Below are positions 1 to 8,253 of a stretch of DNA of 64,000 bases, one piece after another. Both the position numbers and the translations under genes were made by a program. The notes beneath the pieces are model-generated. The model did no database searches, had not been told where the DNA came from, and worked only from the letters and a program-made list of their open reading frames with translations. Location: positions 9,369 to 73,368 of the forward strand of contig JBHHXX010000001.1 in NCBI GenBank assembly GCA_046757245.1. The letters are read 5' to 3'. This stretch comes from Candidatus Geothermarchaeales archaeon (GTDB lineage Archaea; Thermoproteota; Nitrososphaeria; Geothermarchaeales; JAUWBL01). Each line of letters begins with the position of its first letter. Within the stretch, counting starts at the first letter, position 1.

Positions 1-492
1 ATGGAGGTAAGAAAGTGGGCTGGAGGGCTGAAGGGGAGGAAACAACTGGCGGCGATGAAGTTTGCCGAGGCCCTCGAAGTCATCCCCAGAGCCCTAGCCG
101 AGAACAGCGGCCTCGACCCCATCGACATAATGACGGAGCTCAGAGCTAGGCACGAGAAGGGAGAGAGGTGGGCTGGCGTCAACGCCTTCAAGGGCAAGGT
201 CACCAACATGAGGAGGGCCAAGGTCTTGGAGCCAAGCCTGGTGAAGGAGCAGATGATAAAATCAGCGGTGGAGGCGGCGACCCTCATCCTCAGGATCGAT
301 GATTTGATAGCGAAGAAGAGGTCTCCAGAGGTGGCACCCGCGAAGCCCGGTAGAGCCCCCTTTACAGGTCCGATGCCGCCATCCGCAGGCCCTATGCACC
401 CATCGGGGCCTTGGAAAAAGAAGATCGGAAAGTCTCCCTACCCCCCCAAGTGGGAGGAGGAGTGGTACGAGACCCACACACGATGGCACTAG
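1..492 (+). CDS. ths: Thermosome (group II chaperonin) subunit, C-terminal fragment; the 5' end lies outside the window
   Basis: The ORF is open at the window edge. The translation ALEVIPRALAENSGLDPIDIMTELRARHEKG...VLEPSLVKEQMIKSAVEAATLILRIDDLIA matches the conserved equatorial-domain C-terminus of archaeal thermosomes. It is followed by an atypical Pro-rich tail. Confidence 0.85.
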   Translation: MEVRKWAGGLKGRKQLAAMKFAEALEVIPRALAENSGLDPIDIMTELRARHEKGERWAGVNAFKGKVTNMRRAKVLEPSLVKEQMIKSAVEAATLILRIDDLIAKKRSPEVAPAKPGRAPFTGPMPPSAGPMHPSGPWKKKIGKSPYPPKWEEEWYETHTRWH

Positions 493-702
493 ACAACGTG
501 CCTTTAAGGGGGGTTGGAATAGGGAGATCATCCCCAAGCGATTATTATCTTAACCGACCGAGTGAACGGCTCTCGGAGTCGTCGAAAACGATGGTGAAAA
601 AGATTCCATCGAGCTAAGTTCATATCTAAACAGCTTAATATCAGCGAGCTATGAACTAGAAGTTGTGGAGCACTAGACATAGCTTTGATTTATGAACGTT
701 TA

Positions 703-1719
703 TCAGGGTTTCCTTCTTCTGGCTGTGATAATCACTGTTACCGAGATGACTACTATTATTACTATAAATCCTATCTGATAGCTATAGTCTGAGATGATGG
801 ATGGAGCGGCGGGCGTCACCAAGAGAGCTGGATCGATCGTAATCGTTCTTAATATGCTTTGCGGGGTACGCGCTTCCACGATTTTAAAGTAGATTATCTT
901 CGTTCCATCGGGGCTCCAAGCCGGAGCCAAATCTTCCTCTTCGTTTGTCGTCAGCTGAATCTCGTTTCCTCCTTCTGCGTCCATGACCCAGATTTCATAG
1001 TTCTCGGTCCGATCCGATGCAAAGGCTATTTTAGATCCATCGGGGCTCCATGCCGGATGATGATCGTCCTTTTCACTTGCTGTTAATCGTCTCTGATTGC
1101 CGCCGTTTGAATCCATAACCCAGATGTCGAGGTTGCCCTTTCGATCAGAAGTGAACGCTATCCTCTCCCCGTCGGGGCTCCAGTCTGGCTGATAATCATT
1201 TTTTGGGTCTGTAGTCAGTTGAACCTCGTTTCCACCGTTTGAGTCCATAACCCATATATCCCAGTTACCGGTCCGATCTGAAGCGTATGCTATTTTTTTC
1301 CCATCGGGGCTCCAAGCCGGGTCCATATCCCATCCCGGATCTGTTGTTAATTGGACCTTGTTTCCACCGTTTGAGTCCATAACCCAGATGTCAAAGTTGC
1401 CCGAGCGGTGTGATGTGAAGGCTATCTTCCTTCCGTCAGGGCGCCATGTAGGCCATGAATCCATTGATTTATGTGATGTCAGTTGAACTTGGTTGCCTCC
1501 ATCCGGATCCATAACCCAGATATCCAGAGTGCGATCCCTGTCGGATACATAGGCTATTTTTTCTCCATCGGGGCTCCAAGCCGGGTACTGATCTGATGGA
1601 GAGGGTGTCGTTTTTACTGTTTTTGTGTTTGCTCCTATGAGGGCTGATAATAACAACAGGGTTAAGGCTACGGAAATCTTATTTTTCGCGGGACTTTCAT
1701 CGTCTTTTAAAAGACACAC
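703..1719 (-). CDS. TolB-like / PD40 beta-propeller repeat surface protein with an N-terminal signal/TM and a C-terminal TM anchor
   Basis: Five exact-period 44-aa repeats (PAWSPDGxKIAFxSDRxGNxDIWVMDSNGGNxVQLT) plus one partial blade. Hydrophobic N-terminus. C-terminal IGFIVIIVVISVTVIITARRRKP anchor. Confidence 0.8.
   Translation of the reverse strand: MCLLKDDESPAKNKISVALTLLLLSALIGANTKTVKTTPSPSDQYPAWSPDGEKIAYVSDRDRTLDIWVMDPDGGNQVQLTSHKSMDSWPTWRPDGRKIAFTSHRSGNFDIWVMDSNGGNKVQLTTDPGWDMDPAWSPDGKKIAYASDRTGNWDIWVMDSNGGNEVQLTTDPKNDYQPDWSPDGERIAFTSDRKGNLDIWVMDSNGGNQRRLTASEKDDHHPAWSPDGSKIAFASDRTENYEIWVMDAEGGNEIQLTTNEEEDLAPAWSPDGTKIIYFKIVEARTPQSILRTITIDPALLVTPAAPSIISDYSYQIGFIVIIVVISVTVIITARRRKP
925..1584 (-). 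repeat. Five tandem 132-nt coding repeats (PD40 blades) inside the TolB-like gene
   Basis: Repeat units start at residues 46, 90, 134, 178 and 222 of the 338-aa product, an exact 44-codon period. Confidence 0.8.
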
Positions 1720-1812
1720 ATCCTATAATACGGTCGAGGAGTCTTATATGGTTGAAGGAGAGGCGATTTCAGCTTCCCTAAGTGAAATTTTTATGTGTAT
1801 GTTTATTTCTTA

Positions 1813-1881
1813 ACTTTTATAAAAAATATGGTCCTATCTCTTTACCAAAAAAATATATTATTTACTTTTATAAAAAAATAT
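1813..1881. promoter_or_regulatory. Duplicated palindromic TATA-like element ACTTTTATAAAAAATAT (copies at 1813-1829 and 1864-1881) in a very AT-rich divergent intergenic region
   Basis: Two near-identical 17/18-mers lie 51 nt apart, between the minus-strand start at 1719 and the plus-strand ATG at 1945. The TTTTATAAAA core resembles an archaeal TATA box. Confidence 0.3.
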
Positions 1882-1944
1882 TTACAAAATATTTATATTA
1901 TAGGATGTCAAAACCCATTCTTACGAGATGGAGGCGTGAGAGAG

Positions 1945-2109
1945 ATGACCTCTGAGGTCGAGAACGGGGTTACCGTAGACTGTCTCGACTGTACGAAATC
2001 GGTGCGGATGGAGTGGCTGCCTAACCATTACTCAAAGTCAAAGTGCTTCCTCAGCCTCTTGGATTTCTTGAGGGAGCACAGCGGTCATAAACTCCGTGTT
2101 TTGGAGTAA
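1945..2109 (+). CDS. Small hypothetical Cys/His-containing protein (54 aa)
   Basis: This is the internal ATG of ORF 1795..2109, preceded by GGAGGCGTGAG (SD-like). The part of the ORF upstream of 1945 is AT-rich, promoter-like sequence. The CLDC...H...H pattern suggests a small zinc-binding fold. Confidence 0.3.
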   Translation: MTSEVENGVTVDCLDCTKSVRMEWLPNHYSKSKCFLSLLDFLREHSGHKLRVLE

Positions 2110-2191
2110 AGGAAGCCGAGAAACACTTCTTCATAAAAGGTTATCTTATAATAAAAAATTGTATATACCCTGACAGCTCTTTACAGTCCCT

Positions 2192-2392
2192 TTGACTTAT
2201 CATTGTATTATAGTCTTTCCTCGGGGTATATTAGGAGAGATCATGAGGCTGGGAGAAATGGGACATAAGCGATTAGGCGTACCCCCGTACTTGAAGAATC
2301 TGGGGATTCGACTTCAAAACTGGTGTTTGATGCCAAATAAGGAAAGTAAAGTGGAAATGTGGGGAATAGGGATATTGAAGAGAAAAGATTAA
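2192..2392 (+). pseudogene. Relic of the C-terminus of a LivM-type ABC permease
   Basis: CIIVFPRGILGEIMRLGEMGHKRL...LKNLGIRLQN aligns with the last ~45 residues of the LivM paralog at 5590..6705 (CVITFPRGVLGEVMRLREAGYIQL...LKSYIKLRF). No permease body lies upstream. Confidence 0.45.
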
Positions 2393-2442
2393 GAGGACCT
2401 TGAAACTATTTTCGAGAGGGGGATAAGCCGCCAATCCTGAGG

Positions 2443-2850
2443 TTGAGTTCCTTGGAGAGGAAAAAAATTAGAGTTTTGCTCGCGAAGATAGGAGTGGATG
2501 TGCACGACAGGGGGATCAAAATAATAGGTCGAGCCCTAAGGGACGCTGGCATGGAGGTCATATATCTCGGTCCATCGCAACTCCCCACAGACATAGTGAG
2601 GGCGGCCATAGAGGAGGATGTCGACGTCATAGGGATCAGCTCTATGGAAGGGATGCACCTCGTGAGGCTGCCAGAGGTCACCCAGCTCCTCAGGGAAAGG
2701 GGAGTGGAAGACATCCTCGTCGTCGCCGGGGGCATCATACCCGATGAAGACAGATCCACGTTGAAGAAGGCGGGTATAGCAGAGATATTCGGCCCTGGCA
2801 CCCTTCTCCGCGACATCACCAATTTTATCATGAGAAACGTCAGAAAGTGA
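2443..2850 (+). CDS. Methylmalonyl-CoA mutase, small B12-binding subunit
   Basis: Cobalamin-binding DxHxxG motif (GVDVHDRGIKIIGRALRDAGMEVIYLG) and the GISSMEG...VVAGGIIP Rossmann-like pattern typical of the MCM C-terminal domain. Confidence 0.85.
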   Translation: MSSLERKKIRVLLAKIGVDVHDRGIKIIGRALRDAGMEVIYLGPSQLPTDIVRAAIEEDVDVIGISSMEGMHLVRLPEVTQLLRERGVEDILVVAGGIIPDEDRSTLKKAGIAEIFGPGTLLRDITNFIMRNVRK

Positions 2851-2907
2851 TCATACTCAATTCAATCCCAAGAATCGGATGCGGAGGTAATGATTTAATC
2901 ACGGTTA

Positions 2908-3651
2908 CTACAAGGAATACTCTGCCACAACCTGTAGCTCGTAATATGCCGGTCTTATTTTGTGGGGGTGTGAGCTTAGCTCAAAGGGCGCTTTTTCGCC
3001 AACGTTGATCCTATCTGGTTTGGTAAAGGCGAAGGAGCTGCCTACCACCTTGCCCTCGGAGTCATGGTAGGTGCAGACCACCCTCACGTAGTAAGCCTTC
3101 CTCACTCCGTTGTTCTGAACCTCACCCACGATTCTATGGTAGCCCTCTTCATCGACGCTCGCCGTGTGGCTGAGGATGACGAGTCCCTCGAAGGGCTCCT
3201 GCCCGGTTTCCTCATACGTTAGGGTGAGCTCGTAGCTGGCTGGGGCTATTTTATTTGGGTAGGTCGATAGCTTGAAGGGCGATTTTTGACCGGGCCTCAG
3301 AATTCCTATATCGGTGTATTTGCTCATGCTTGACACACCATGTTCGCGATATTCTTCCGCTTCTATTCCAAATTCGGTGAGGTTGATCACTTTTCCCTGA
3401 TCGTCGTAGAAGATGGCCGTTACGGCGACGCGCGCTATGTTGGTTTGGAGGTTGTTCTTCACCTCGCCCACCACCGTGAAGTAGCCGAGGTGGTCGATGT
3501 AGCTAGTGTGACTCAGTATCTCTGGAGGACTCACCTTCTCTGAAGGTATTAACTCAGTTTTCCTCTCGGGTTTGCGGGGAATTGAGGTAGAGATCAAGGC
3601 GACGATGATGGTGAATACGGCAATGATGAGGATGAGTTTCTTCCTGGACAT
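2908..3651 (-). CDS. Membrane-anchored extracytoplasmic protein with two tandem homologous domains (FxLYD-like)
   Basis: N-terminal TM (LILIIAVFTIIVALISTSI). Internal duplication: GYFTVVGEVKNNLQTNIARVAVTAIFYDDQGKVI versus GYHRIVGEVQNNGVRKAYYVRVVCTYHDSEGKVV, each followed by KSPFKLSTYPNKIAPASYEL / KAPFELSSHPHKIRPAYYEL. Confidence 0.6.
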   Translation of the reverse strand: MSRKKLILIIAVFTIIVALISTSIPRKPERKTELIPSEKVSPPEILSHTSYIDHLGYFTVVGEVKNNLQTNIARVAVTAIFYDDQGKVINLTEFGIEAEEYREHGVSSMSKYTDIGILRPGQKSPFKLSTYPNKIAPASYELTLTYEETGQEPFEGLVILSHTASVDEEGYHRIVGEVQNNGVRKAYYVRVVCTYHDSEGKVVGSSFAFTKPDRINVGEKAPFELSSHPHKIRPAYYELQVVAEYSL

Positions 3652-4103
3652 AAAACCCTCAACTATAGTGAATTCTATTATGAACTTCCTGATATTAGTG
3701 GGCGTTCACAACTTTTAAACCGTTTCCCAGCGTTCTCAGACATCCCCCTGTTACCGAAAGCGTTCATAGAGTTGGAAGCTGAGTTGGCTCGGCTTCCAGC
3801 CGTATCTCTATGTAGAGGTCATATGGTGATGGGGGTATGGGTAGTGGTGGATGTTTCCATCCTCGTTAACGAATCTATCTAAAACCTTACGCTATGACCT
3901 TGGAGTGAGTAACGATTTTATTTTACGATTAAACCTCTCAGCGGTCCTCAGTTTGATTTTTCTCTCTTCAGAGGCTCTATGAGGTAGGAGAGAACGGGGT
4001 TGAGGAGGATGAAAACCTTAACAGCAGAGGTGAACAGAGTGCCTAAGTGAACGGAACTGGTTAAAGCAGATTCAACATTTTATAATCGAGAATCTGCCTT
4101 ATC

Positions 4104-4904
4104 ATGGATAGAGGGGCAAAATCCATGGGAGAAACGCTCGGCTTCGAGTGTAAGAGGTGTGGCAATTGCTGTTCGAGCGGTTGGGAGCTCCATGTGGATC
4201 TGTGGATCATTGAAAAATGGATGAGGGAGAGGCGTAGGGATCTCCTATACCACGTGGTCTTTCGTCCACGCTTCCTGCTGCACCCCGAATACTCGAACTA
4301 CGAGCCGAGGTTTATCATCGACAACGGAAACCTCCTATTCGGCGACCATGGGAAGAAGCCCTGTCCATTCTTAATAGGCTCCCCAGGTGCCAAGACATCA
4401 TGTAGGATTTATGAGGACAGACCTCTGGTGTGTAGGGAGTTCCCCCTCAAGAAGGGTGCAGACGGCGAATATCGGGTTAAAACAGACGTCCTCCACGTTT
4501 GTAGGGGGGCAAGGGTTTATTTCGAGAGGCGTGCGCGCCTCGCGGGGAAGAGCTTGAATGAGTACATGCATAGCATACCCAAGGTTGAGTCTCCGCGTGA
4601 AAGCTACGCCATGACCCCTGAGCTTGCCGAGATATTAAGTCAACATTATCGGAGCATGTCAGAGGAGGAGAGAGCCACGGGCTTGATGTTTCCCGAGTTG
4701 AGGGATGAAGATTATGCCGAGAGGGTGTTCAAGCGCCTCGCCAAGATGTATAAGCCCCTAAACTTGAGGGTGCGCGTCACATCGGATCAGGGCTTGGCGA
4801 TATTGGAGGCCTACGGTAGGGACGACATCGGTGGAATGGTGGAGATTATAAACGGCATAACAGCTAGGGCTAAAGACCTATTGGAAAAGCTGCTTAATGA
4901 ATAA
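4104..4904 (+). CDS. YkgJ-family cysteine-cluster (putative Fe-S/Zn) protein
   Basis: CKRCGNCCSSGW motif near the N-terminus plus a later CPFL...CRIYEDRPLVCREFP pattern, characteristic of the UPF0153/YkgJ family. An alternative start exists at the ATG at 4125. Confidence 0.6.
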   Translation: MDRGAKSMGETLGFECKRCGNCCSSGWELHVDLWIIEKWMRERRRDLLYHVVFRPRFLLHPEYSNYEPRFIIDNGNLLFGDHGKKPCPFLIGSPGAKTSCRIYEDRPLVCREFPLKKGADGEYRVKTDVLHVCRGARVYFERRARLAGKSLNEYMHSIPKVESPRESYAMTPELAEILSQHYRSMSEEERATGLMFPELRDEDYAERVFKRLAKMYKPLNLRVRVTSDQGLAILEAYGRDDIGGMVEIINGITARAKDLLEKLLNE

Positions 4905-4913
4905 GGTTCAATA

Positions 4914-4932
4914 TTTTTTCGATAATTGTATC
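4914..4932 (-). promoter_or_regulatory. Copy 1 of the recurrent 19-nt motif (plus strand reads ttttttcgataattgtatc)
   Basis: Its reverse complement, GATACAATTATCGAAAAAA, matches the consensus RGTACAATYATCGAAAAA. It lies 9 nt after the stop of 4104..4904 and 113 nt before ATG 5046. Confidence 0.5.
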
Positions 4933-5045
4933 AAATCGCTTATATCCCAGTTTTCTCCATTTAGATTGAATGGGACCATTAGTATACCGGTAATTTTATA
5001 ACTAGTCTAATCAATATAAAAGATTGGTTTTAACCAAGCGTAGGG

Positions 5046-5585
5046 ATGGGGATGAGCTTTAAGCGTGTATTAGCGTCCTCGATGCTTATCGCTTTAATCT
5101 TTTTATCCTTCTCTTCCTTCGCCTGCGCCCATATGCCGCTGACCGGTGAGAGGTTTGGGGACTACTTGGTGGACACGGCGCCGAAGGTGGTCGTGGTCGG
5201 GGAGGAGGCGAGGCTCCTCCTACACATAGGTAATATCAAGACCGGGAAGACGGCGCCTTCTGACTTGGATATCGTCGTGGAGTTTCTCGACCCGGATACG
5301 GGTGTGGTTCTCGGAAGCTATGAAACCGTGCCTTGGACCGAGGTGCCCGCGGGTAGGGCGATCGCGGGGTTCGAGATCGGCGACTACTTGATGTTGGAGG
5401 GCTATGTCTTCGATAAGCCGGGGCGATACCCGATTCGCGTGAAGATGCTCGGCCAGGAGGCCGAATACGACATCAAGGTTGTTGAGGAGTTCAAGGGGGG
5501 GTTCTCTATTGACCCCATGATAGTAGGTATAATCATAGTTGTCGTGATTGCCCTGATTGCGGTGGTCTATCTCCGGAGGAGGTGA
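5046..5585 (+). CDS. Secreted, C-terminally anchored hypothetical protein (probable Ig-like fold)
   Basis: Signal peptide MGMSFKRVLASSMLIALIFLSFSSFACA. Beta-rich body. C-terminal TM plus RRR (MIVGIIIVVVIALIAVVYLRRR). Confidence 0.6.
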   Translation: MGMSFKRVLASSMLIALIFLSFSSFACAHMPLTGERFGDYLVDTAPKVVVVGEEARLLLHIGNIKTGKTAPSDLDIVVEFLDPDTGVVLGSYETVPWTEVPAGRAIAGFEIGDYLMLEGYVFDKPGRYPIRVKMLGQEAEYDIKVVEEFKGGFSIDPMIVGIIIVVVIALIAVVYLRRR

Positions 5586-5589
5586 GCTG

Positions 5590-6705
5590 GTGGGCCTCTG
5601 GGGAGAAACCATACAGCCGAATAGGAATAGGATCTTGGCTTACGCGGCTGGCATAGCCGTTCTTTTTTTGGCGCCGAGTATACTCCCCACCTATGGTACG
5701 GGGGCGGTCCTGCTGGACGTGCTTTCTCTCACCTTGGTCTACGGGATCGTCGCCATCGCGGTGAACCTCCTCCTCAATTACACGGGCCTCCTATCCTTCG
5801 GCCACGCCCTTTACTTCGGCGCTGGGGTTTACACCGTGGCCTTCTTCTCCTTTAACTTCGGCTTGTTCAACTTCGACTATCTCATGTTGTTGAGCATTGT
5901 AATTTCACTCATCGTGGCGGCGGTCTTCGGCGCCCTATGCGTCAGGCACACAGCGGTATATTTCATGATCCTCACCTTCTCCCTTCAGGAGATCGTGCAC
6001 ATCGTGCTTCACAAGCTCTACTATATCTATATGTATGGGTTACCCAGTATTCCCACGGGTGGGAGTGAGGGCTTACCCATCCTCATACCGGTCTCCCGCA
6101 AGTACGAAACTGTTATATTCGGGATGAAATACACGGGTGAACGCTGGAGGATACTCTTCGTCCACGACGTATTCTATTACTACGTCTTAATCTCGTTTGT
6201 CATCTGCGTCGTAGCGATGTGGATCATAGTGAACTCGCCCCTCGGCAAAACCCTGAGGGCGCTAAAAACAAACCCATTAAGGGCTGAGTTTGTGGGTGTG
6301 CGCGTGAAGCTCCACCGGTGGATCATCTTCGTAATCTCAGGCGTCTTCTCCGGGGTGGCAGGGGCCCTCTGGGCCCCGGTTACCGGCTTCGTTGACCCCC
6401 ACATATTTCACTGGGAGTTTGCGGGTGCCTTCGTGTTTATGGCGGTGCTGGGGGGCTCCCGTGTTTTTCTGGGGCCATTACTAGGCGCGTTTCTCTATGT
6501 CGGCCTTAGACACGTCCTATACGGGTTAACGACCTATTACACGGGCATTTTGGGCATTATTCTCGTAATCTGCGTCATAACTTTCCCTAGGGGTGTGCTC
6601 GGCGAGGTCATGAGGCTTAGGGAGGCCGGCTACATACAGCTCAACACGGTCGCAAACTTAAAGAGCTACATTAAACTGCGCTTCTCAAGGCGAGAGGCTT
6701 CTTAA
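5590..6705 (+). CDS. Orphan LivM-type branched-chain amino acid ABC permease paralog
   Basis: Multi-TM protein with LNYTGLLSFGHALYFGAGVY and LGKTLRALKTNPLRAEFVGV motifs shared with LivM at 8254..9318. The likely start is GTG 5590, directly after GGAGGAGGTGAG, and the stop of 5046..5585 lies inside that SD (translational coupling). The ORF track extends to TTG 5557. Confidence 0.75.
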   Translation: MGLWGETIQPNRNRILAYAAGIAVLFLAPSILPTYGTGAVLLDVLSLTLVYGIVAIAVNLLLNYTGLLSFGHALYFGAGVYTVAFFSFNFGLFNFDYLMLLSIVISLIVAAVFGALCVRHTAVYFMILTFSLQEIVHIVLHKLYYIYMYGLPSIPTGGSEGLPILIPVSRKYETVIFGMKYTGERWRILFVHDVFYYYVLISFVICVVAMWIIVNSPLGKTLRALKTNPLRAEFVGVRVKLHRWIIFVISGVFSGVAGALWAPVTGFVDPHIFHWEFAGAFVFMAVLGGSRVFLGPLLGAFLYVGLRHVLYGLTTYYTGILGIILVICVITFPRGVLGEVMRLREAGYIQLNTVANLKSYIKLRFSRREAS

Positions 6706-6794
6706 CTTAATCATAGCGCTCCTCGTCTATTACAATCATAAGACTCTTAGAAAATTCTGGGTCATAGAAATAGAATAAATAAAAAAATTTGGGG

Positions 6795-7517
6795 TTAGTA
6801 GCCCCGTATCGTCCTCATGACTTCCTCGTCTTCATAGACCTTCTTCGGGTCACCCTCGTATATGATCTCTCCCCGGTCTATGGCGTATAATCTGTTGGCC
6901 AGCTTCTCCGCCAAGGCTATGTTGGACTCAGCCACGAGCATGGATATGCCCATCTCGTGGATTTTCTCTAACCCCCCGGCGAATCTGGCCACTGCGACGG
7001 GGGCGAGTCCCTCCAGCGGCTCATCCAGAAGGAGGATCGATGGATCGAGGGCGAGAGCCCTAGAGACGGCTAACATCTTCTTTTCCCCACCGCTTAGGAA
7101 GAGGCTTCTCCTCGCCAAGAGGGGCTTGAGCTCCGTGAAAGCGTCGAAGATTCTTTTCTCAACCACCTCTCGTGGTGTTTTGCTCTTCGTGTGCCAAAAC
7201 GCAATGTTGAGGTTTTGTTCCACCGTGAGGCCCGGGAATAGGGCTGAGTCCTCGGGGGAGTATCCGAGGCCTAACTTTGCCTTTTCGTCTGGCGAGAGGT
7301 TGACTATATCCTGACCCTTGAACAATATTTTTCCGGACTGTACGGGGTAGAAGCCCATTATGCCCTTGATGGTCGTCGTTTTGCCGGCGCCGTTTCTCCC
7401 CACTAGGCAGACGGTTTCACCCTCCTCGACTTTAAGCGAGACATCTCTCAGGATTTGGACCCCCGATAGAAATACGTTTACGTTCTCGAGTTCGAGTACT
7501 GTGACCATTTCAGACAC
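6795..7517 (-). CDS. livF: Branched-chain amino acid ABC transporter ATP-binding protein LivF
   Basis: Walker A GRNGAGKTT, signature LSGGEKKML, Walker B LLLDEP. It is last in a livK-H-M-G-F order. Confidence 0.85.
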   Translation of the reverse strand: MSEMVTVLELENVNVFLSGVQILRDVSLKVEEGETVCLVGRNGAGKTTTIKGIMGFYPVQSGKILFKGQDIVNLSPDEKAKLGLGYSPEDSALFPGLTVEQNLNIAFWHTKSKTPREVVEKRIFDAFTELKPLLARRSLFLSGGEKKMLAVSRALALDPSILLLDEPLEGLAPVAVARFAGGLEKIHEMGISMLVAESNIALAEKLANRLYAIDRGEIIYEGDPKKVYEDEEVMRTIRGY

Positions 7518-8253
7518 CTAGTAGCGTGCTCTTCACCTTGGGGTCTTCCATCACTTCGTCGGGTCCACCGATGGCTAGCATCTTCCCTTCGTGCATGACG
7601 GCTACTCTGTCAGAGTATTCCTGCACGATGTCCATGTCGTGTTCGACTATGAGGGATGATATTTTCTCTCCCCTCACCACGTCTACGATCCTATCCATGA
7701 TTCCCCTCTTCTCGCGTGAGCTCACGCCGCTGGTGGGTTCGTCTAGCATGAGGAGCTTGGGCTTGAGAGCCACGGCTATGGCTACGTCGAGGAGCTTTCG
7801 ATCTCCTTGGGATACGCCCGTTGGAAGCAGGTTTTCCAATTCTCTGATGCCGAAGGCATCTAGGAGGTCTTCGGCCTCCTTTCTCACTTCGGTGTCTCTT
7901 TCTAGGAGTGTGAAGAACTTCATGGTTTTGCCGGCTCTGGAGAGTATGGCTATCCTCACGTTGTCGAGAAGGGTCAATTCGTCGTATAGATTCACCAGTT
8001 GGAAGCTCCTCGCTACCCCATCCCTAATTCTGGCGTATGGAGACTTGCGGGTGATGTCATTCCCTAAGAACAGTATTCTACCCGAGTCGGGTATGAGGTA
8101 CCCGCTTATGAGGTTCACCAAGGTTGTTTTGCCGGCTCCGTTTGGGCCTACTAGAGACATCATCTCTCCCTCTTTTACTTGGAAGTCCACCTCGTCGACG
8201 GCGTGGACTTCTCCGAAGTATTTCTTCAGTTTCTCTGTGACTAGGATGGCCAT
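7510..8253 (-). CDS. livG: Branched-chain amino acid ABC transporter ATP-binding protein LivG
   Basis: Walker A GPNGAGKTT, Walker B LMLDEPTSG, 8-nt overlap with livF. Confidence 0.85.
   Translation of the reverse strand: MAILVTEKLKKYFGEVHAVDEVDFQVKEGEMMSLVGPNGAGKTTLVNLISGYLIPDSGRILFLGNDITRKSPYARIRDGVARSFQLVNLYDELTLLDNVRIAILSRAGKTMKFFTLLERDTEVRKEAEDLLDAFGIRELENLLPTGVSQGDRKLLDVAIAVALKPKLLMLDEPTSGVSSREKRGIMDRIVDVVRGEKISSLIVEHDMDIVQEYSDRVAVMHEGKMLAIGGPDEVMEDPKVKSTLLGV

Noticed and set aside
1795-2109. Full-length 104-aa version of the ORF upstream of the MCM small-subunit region
   Set aside because: Its first 50 codons translate the AT-rich promoter-like spacer (MYVYFLTFIKNMVLSLYQKNILFTFIKKYLQNIYII). 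Only the distal part, from ATG 1945 with a GGAGG-type SD, looks like a plausible gene.
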